Source of the DNA: the human T2T-CHM13v2.0 reference genome, Homo sapiens
Assembly: GCF_009914755.1 (NCBI RefSeq)
Contig: NC_060932.1
DNA length: 64,000 nucleotides
Reading direction: 5' to 3' (one strand)
In this document: positions 53,383 to 64,000 of the stretch, piece after piece
Layout: each line of letters starts with the position of its first letter
Position numbering within the stretch: position 1 is the first letter of the stretch
Program-made: the position numbers and the translations under genes
Notes under the pieces: model-generated
The model's input: only the letters and a program-made list of their open reading frames with translations
Told to the model about the DNA's origin: nothing
Databases searched by the model: none

Positions 53383-53970
53383 TGAAGCAGTTACGTTGTC
53401 TCGGGTAAATACCCGGGGTTGGTCATCTCAGGCCAGGAAATTTAGGACATGGGCACACATGAGTTTAGGAGCAGAGGTTTAATAAGCAAAAGAAAGAGAA
53501 AGGAAAACAGCTCTCTCTCTAGTGAGAGAGAGGGGACTTCTGAGAGGAAAAAACCAGCCGGCAGCGGATGCACTAGATTTTATAGTCAGGTTTGAGGAGC
53601 TGATGTCTGATTTACGTAGTGCTCACAGATTGGTTTGATCAGGTATGATGTTTATAAAGTGTGGGGGAAGGCTGGCCGCCCCACCCTAATCTTGTTATGC
53701 AAATGAGCTTTCCCCTTGGCCAGCACCATCTTATCTGCTCCTTATTGTACACGTGACTGGCAGAAAAGGGAAAATGGAGCCGCCATCTTTAACATGATTG
53801 GCTCAACTGCCAGCACCTATGTCTTCAACTCGATTTTACAGGCTGCTGTTTGTTAGAAAGGAAAATAATTGGGGGCTGTTTTTCATTAAAAGAAAAACCT
53901 TACCAAGGACTTCCCTACCCTCACTATCTACCTATATCATTACAAAATTCTTGACTTGACTCCTATATCA
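53383..53970 (-). mobile_element. LTR9-family solo LTR
   Basis: 'tgaagcag...ttgtctcgggtaaatacc...gggggctgtttttcattaaaagaaaaaccttaccaaggacttcc...ccctcactatct...ctcctatatca'; flanks ctac/ttac. Confidence 0.8.
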
Positions 53971-54052
53971 TTACAAAGTCATGGCCCTATATCATTGACT
54001 CCTATATCATTGTAAAGTCCTTGACTCCTACATCATTACAAAATCATGGCCC
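53930..54052. repeat. Short irregular tandem repeat of cctatatcatt(ac)aaa, about 5 copies
   Basis: Directly visible at the LTR9/host junction. Confidence 0.8.
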
Positions 54053-54240
54053 ATTCCCTTCTCATCTCCCAAGTAGGCTTTTGTGTGGTGGTAAAAGCCT
54101 TATCTCAAATATTTCAGTTATGTTCAGAGTTCTTTCTCTTTTTCTAAGGAACATATATAATAAACCATTTCTTTTTCTTTTCCTTTCTTTTCTTTTTAAT
54201 ATAGGATCTTGCTCTTGCTCTGTCACCCAGGCTGGAGGGC

Positions 54241-57582
<3,342 letters not shown>

Positions 57583-58458
57583 ACTCCGTCTCTACAAAAA
57601 ATAAGAAAAATGAGCCAGGCATGGTGGCACATGCTAGGAGTTCCAGCTACTCAGGAGGCTAAGGTGGAAGGATTGCTTGAGACAAGAAGGTTGAGGTTGC
57701 AGTGAGCCATGATCTGCACTCCAGCCTGGGTGACAGGGTAAGACCCTGTCGCTTAAAAAACAAACAAACAAAAAAACCAACTGGAAAACATAGAGAAAAG
57801 AAACAACAACATCTTTATCATTCCACTACTCAGGAATCATAATTATGAGCATTCTGAATTTGAGGATGTGAGAATGGCCTCCACATTTTCACCACGGTAG
57901 AATAATTTACTCTTCAGTCGGCAGCTGCATCAAATCAGCTTTCTGGTAAACTGAGTGAATTAAGCAGTTACTGGAGAGAGAGCTCCTAAAAATATGTTTT
58001 TCCTGTTAGGCCATCCTAAACTTCCAACCCGGTGTTCTGGTAGTGATTTTCATTATTAACCTTATCATGAGAAGGTACGCAGTTTTTGTTTTTGTTTTTT
58101 TCCTTTTCTTTTTTTTAAAGCAGAGCTTCACTCTGTTGCACAGGCTGGACTGGAGTGGTGTGATCTTGGCTTACCGCAACCAACTCCACCTCCTGGGTTC
58201 AAGCCATTCTCCTGCCTCAGCCTCCTGAGTAGCTGGAACCACAGGCATGTGCCATCATGCCCAGCTACTTTTTGTATTTTTAGTAGAGATGAGGTTTCAC
58301 CATGTTGGCCAGGCTGGTCTCAAACTTCTGATCTCAGGTGATCTGCCTGCCTCAGCCTCCCAAAAGTGCTGGGATTACAGGCATGAGCCACCACGCCTGG
58401 CCAGGACCCAGTTTTGATGGATGCTTTTCTTTTCTTTTTTTTTTTTTCTTTTTCTTAA

Positions 58459-58722
<264 letters not shown>

Positions 58723-59316
58723 TGAGCCACTGCCCCAGGCTGGATGCTTTGCTTTGAATTCCAGAAGTTAGGAGGTCTGGTTCTATCGCAGCCTTGCCTA
58801 CTTTTATCCACAGGTGAGCTACCTGTGGGGGAGGAGGCAAGGAATTCTAAAACCTTGAAACTCAAATAATATTGCCTTCTGTCTCCTCAGCCTCTCAGCA
58901 TCCGGCTCTGCCTCCTCATTTGGACTTCTGGGTCCCGAGTTCCTCCTGTCCCTCTGCTCTCTCTGATGCCACGGTTAATCAACTGAACTTTCTCACTCTT
59001 ATCTTTGATTCCCTTTTATCCTGGCCCTGACTCTTACCTGCCTGGCAAAACCAAAACCTCAGATGCATGTTTCCGTTCATCTTTGCTGTGACTCTTACGT
59101 AGCTTTGTGCAGATGGAGCAAAGTGTGAAGACAGAAATCCATGCCCCAGCAGGTGTGCATCCTCCAAGCTCAGCCAGGCCTTCCAGTGTCCAGTATTTTC
59201 CCTTGGTCTCCTGTTCCCTATAATAACACTAAATGGGCCAGGTGCGGTGGCTCACACCTGTAATCCGAGCACTTTGGGAGGCCAAGATGGGTGGATCACC
59301 TGACGTCAGGAGTTTA

Positions 59317-59517
<201 letters not shown>

Positions 59518-62309
59518 TCAAATAATAATAATAATAATACCAAATGATATCCTTCTTCTATTCTCCTTCTTTCCTCCAGTCTCAGGCAATGAATGGGATT
59601 GCCTCCTCCAGACCAAGACTAACTTCTCCAACTCTGTCAGCTGACTCAGTTACTCCCTCACCTTCTTTAGAAAGCTGCTCCATCAACCATCTTCTCTCCT
59701 ATATGTTCAACCTCTGGCTCCCTACTGATGAATAAAACTTTCATTAGCCTGTCCCCCAATCCTGCACTCCCTTCCCAATTATCATCCAATTGTTTTCTCT
59801 CCATCAGAGACAAACATTTGTTTAGGGACTATTTCAAACATACTTAAAAAGTACAGAGAACCATGTAGTAAACAAAGATTTAACAGACATTGACATTTTG
59901 CCATATTTCACTAGGGTTTTCCCGTTTATGGAAAAAAAATGCAGGCCGGGTACAGTGGCTCATGCCTGTAATCCCAGCACTTTGGAAGGTTGAGGCAGGT
60001 GGATCACTTGAGGCCGGGAGTTCAAGACCAGCCTAGCCAACACAGCAAAACCCTATCTCTACTAAAAATACAAAAATTAGCAGAGAGTGGTGGCATGCAC
60101 CTGTATTCCCAGCTACTCAGGAGGCTGAGGCATGCAAATCACTTGAACCCAGGAGGCAGAGGTTGCAGTGAGCCAAGATCACGCAGTGGCACTCCAGCCT
60201 GGGCAACAGAGCAAGACTCCGTCTTAAAAAAAAAAAAATTAAAAGTAAAGAAAAAAAAAAAGCCTCAGGAACACAAAACTGGAAATTTGTCTACACAGCT
60301 ATTTCTACTTCCATCCCTCCATTCCTCAATCCATTACAATGTGGATGCTGCCCCTACCCTGAAACTTCTCTAGCTAAAATCGTTCACGACTTTTAAAATA
60401 TAAGTGCCAAGTTAGCACAGTAGCATGAACTGGTAGTCCTAGCTACTTGGGAGGCTGAGGGTGGAGGATCCTTTGACCCCAGGAGTTCAAGTACGGCCTG
60501 GGTAACAGAGAAAAACCAGGTGACTTAAAAAAAAATGTAGGTGCCACTCAGGGGTTCAATCCCCAGACCACTGGCATTTGAAAGCATGTTACATAAGCGT
60601 TTCATATTGCTAGGGTCACCAAATCAATTTAGTATGTCACTAATGGCATGAAAAAAAGACATAATACAAAGTGCAGAATGTTTAATAAATCTTTTGCTTC
60701 AAGTATAAATCATGTGTATACTGGGTCATTGCAAAATGTATTTCTTATGTGAGTTGTGGCTAAAACATTTGAAAGACATTGATCTAAATTAACAGTCTTC
60801 AAAATTTTGTTTGCATGAATTTATCATTGTAAGTTTAGTTACAAAGGATTTCATGTGGATTGTAAGCATTAGCATTGTTAAATAAAACCTTAAAAAATAT
60901 TTCTATTGTAGTGATTTCTATGTCTGTCATCATCCATTCAAGAAATACATAAGTCAGGCATGGTGGCTCATGCCTGTTATCCCAGCACTTTGGGAGGCCA
61001 AGGTGGACATATCTCCCCGTCCAGGAGTTTGAGAGTAGCCTGGGGAACATGGAAAAACCCCATCTCTACAAAAAATGGAAAAATTAGCCAGGCATGGTAG
61101 TGCACATCTGTAATCCCAGCTACTTAGGAGGCTGAGGTGGGAGGGGCACCTGAGCCTGGGGAGGATGAGGCTGCAGTGAGCTGTGATCCTGCCACTGCAC
61201 TCTAGCCTGGGCAAGAGAGCAAAACCCTGTCTCAAAAAAAAAAAAAAAAAAAAAAACAAAAAATATGAGCAAGTTTTTTTTTTTCTCTTTTTTGAAGCAG
61301 GGTCTCGCTCTGTCGCTCAGGCTGGAGGGCAGTGGTGCAATTGTAGCTTGACCTCTCTGGGCTTAGTTGATCCTCCCAAATAGCTGGGACTAAAGCCACA
61401 ACACCTGGCTAATATTTTGTTTTTTGTAGAGATGAGGGTCTTGCTATATTGCCCAGGCTGGTCTCAAATTCCTGGGCTCAAGTAATCTTCCTGCCTCGGC
61501 CTCCCAAAGTGCTGGGATTACAGACATGAGCCACTATCTTTGGCCGGGAATATAATTATTAGTATACAACTGATCAAATGTAGTCTATAGATTGATAATT
61601 AAACATAAAAGTCAAAATTTTATTGAAGCTGTAATTCTTAATGGGACTGAGCATTTATTTTTTCAATTCATATGTTCATGAATAAGTATCATTATTGCTA
61701 GAATGAGAGGTTTAGCATCGATTACTATTTTTTTTTTTTTTTGAGACTGACTCTTGCTCTGTTACCTCGGCCGGAGTGCAGCGGTGCGATCTCGGCTCAC
61801 TGCACCTCCACCTCCTGGGTTCAAGCGATTCTCCTGCCTCAGCCTCCCGAGTAGCTGGGACTACAGGCGCGTGCCACCACACCCAGCTAACCTTTTTTTT
61901 TTTTTTTTTTTTTTTTGTATTTTTAGTAGAGACAGGGTTTCACCGTGTTAGCCAGATGGTCTCTATCTCCTGACCTCGTGATCCACCCACCTCGGACTCT
62001 GAAAGTGCTGGGATTACAGGAGTGAGACACCATGCCTGGCCTATTTTTCATTTTTTTTTAAGAGACTTGTTCTCACCATGTTGCTTGCATTAATGTTGCC
62101 CAGGCTTGCCTCCAACTCTTGGACTCAAGATCCTCTCACTTCACCTGTCCCGAATAGCTGGGACAGGCATGCATCACCACACCCAGCATTTTTCATTTTT
62201 ATAGATAAAAGAGCTGACAACTTTTCTTTACATAAATTAGCATTTTCCCACCCAGGATTTATGAAGCAATGGAACTCAATTCTTTGAACTCCTTCAAAGT
62301 TCTATGTCA

Positions 62310-62429
<120 letters not shown>

Positions 62430-63280
62430 TTAAAATACAAAAAATTAGCTGGGCGTGGTGCCACATGCCTGTAATCCCAGCTATTCAGGAGGCTGAGGCA
62501 GGAGAATCTCTTGAACACTGGAGGTGGAGGTTGCAGTGAGCTGAGACCGTCACATTGCACTCTAGCCTGGGGAACAAGAGCAAAACTCAGTCTCAAAAAA
62601 AAAAAAAAAAAAAAAGTTCTATGTCAGATTATGGTGATCTACCACTAACACCTTTTTTTTTTTCAAGTTTTAATTTTCTGGCCAGGTATGGTGGCTCACG
62701 CCTGTAATCCCAGCACTTTGGGGGGCTGAGGTGGGTGGATCACATGGGGGTCAGGAGTATGAGACCAGCCTGGCCAACACGGTAAACCCCGTCTCTACTA
62801 AAATAAAAAATTAGCCTGGTGTGGTGGTGGGTACCTGTTATCTCAGTACTTTGGGAGGCCGAGGCAGGTGGATCACCTGAGGTCGGGAGTTCCAGGCCAG
62901 CCCTGACCAACATGGAAAAACCCCATCTCTACTAAAAACACAAAATTAGCTGGGCATGGTGGTGCATGCCTGTAATCCCAGCTACTCAGGAGGCTGAGGC
63001 AGGAGAATCGCTTGAACCCAGGAGGCGGAGGTTGCAGTCAGCCAAGATCACGCCATTGCACTCCACCCTGGGCAACAAGAGCAAAACTCTGTCTCAAAAA
63101 AAAAAAAAAATTTATAGAGACAGGGTCTTGCTTTGCTGCCTAGGCTGGTCTTGAACTCCTAGCTTCAAGCAATCTTCCTGCCTCCTGCCTTGGCCTCCCA
63201 AAGTGCTGGGATTACAGGCATGAGCCACTGCACCCAGCCAACATATTTTCTAGAATGTCTTTCAACTTGGATTCATCTGA

Positions 63281-63574
<294 letters not shown>

Positions 63575-64000
63575 TAGCCAGGATGGTCTCGATCTCCTGA
63601 CCTCGTGATCCACCTGCCTCGGCCTCCCAAAGTGCGGGGATTACAGGCGTAGGCCACTGCGCCCGGCCTATAATTTTTAACTGGTTATATTAACCTGACC
63701 ACTTGGGTAAGGTGGTGTGTTCGCCCATTTCTGCACCGTAAAAACTACTATTTTCTACCAAGAGGAAAAAGAAAATAAATAAAAAATAAAAATTACTATT
63801 TTTTTCTTTTTTTTTTTTTTTTTGAGACGTAGTTTCACTCTTGTTGCCCAGGCTGGAGTGTAATGGCGCGATCTCGGCTCACTGTAACCTCGCCTCCCGG
63901 GTTCAAGTGATTCTCCTGCCCCAGCCTCCTGAGTAGCTGGGATTACAGGCATGCGCCACCACGCCTGGCTAATTTTGTAGTTTTAGTAGACACGGGGTTT

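Overview
Primate, very probably human, genomic DNA that is extremely rich in Alu and LTR elements. The only host gene visible is the 3' part of EIF4EBP1 (4E-BP1) on the + strand: about 17 kb of intron 1, coding exon 2 (17483-17662), intron 2, and exon 3 with stop codon, 3'UTR and AATAAA (20306-~20767). From recalled human synteny (8p11.23, not visible here) the remaining ~43 kb is the interval before ASH2L. It holds a solo LTR6B, a MER4-group LTR split by a ~2.9 kb palindromic AT-rich array, a full-length decayed gammaretrovirus-like provirus on the - strand (42786-53061; ERV3-like env, tRNA-Pro primer site, probably HERV1) inserted into a MER39 LTR, an LTR9 with adjacent KLF/SOX/OCT motifs, and a THE1 element carrying a MER9 solo LTR. 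Almost all ORF-track entries outside EIF4EBP1 and the provirus are Alu/LTR read-through artefacts. The most unusual observation is an intact 39-codon ORF, below the ORF-track cutoff, between pol and env of the provirus. It encodes one hydrophobic helix plus a 7-cysteine tail and is a candidate undescribed retroviral accessory membrane protein. Repeat subfamily names are from memory of consensus sequences and need RepeatMasker/Dfam confirmation. Repeat boundaries are approximate unless a target-site duplication (TSD) is quoted.
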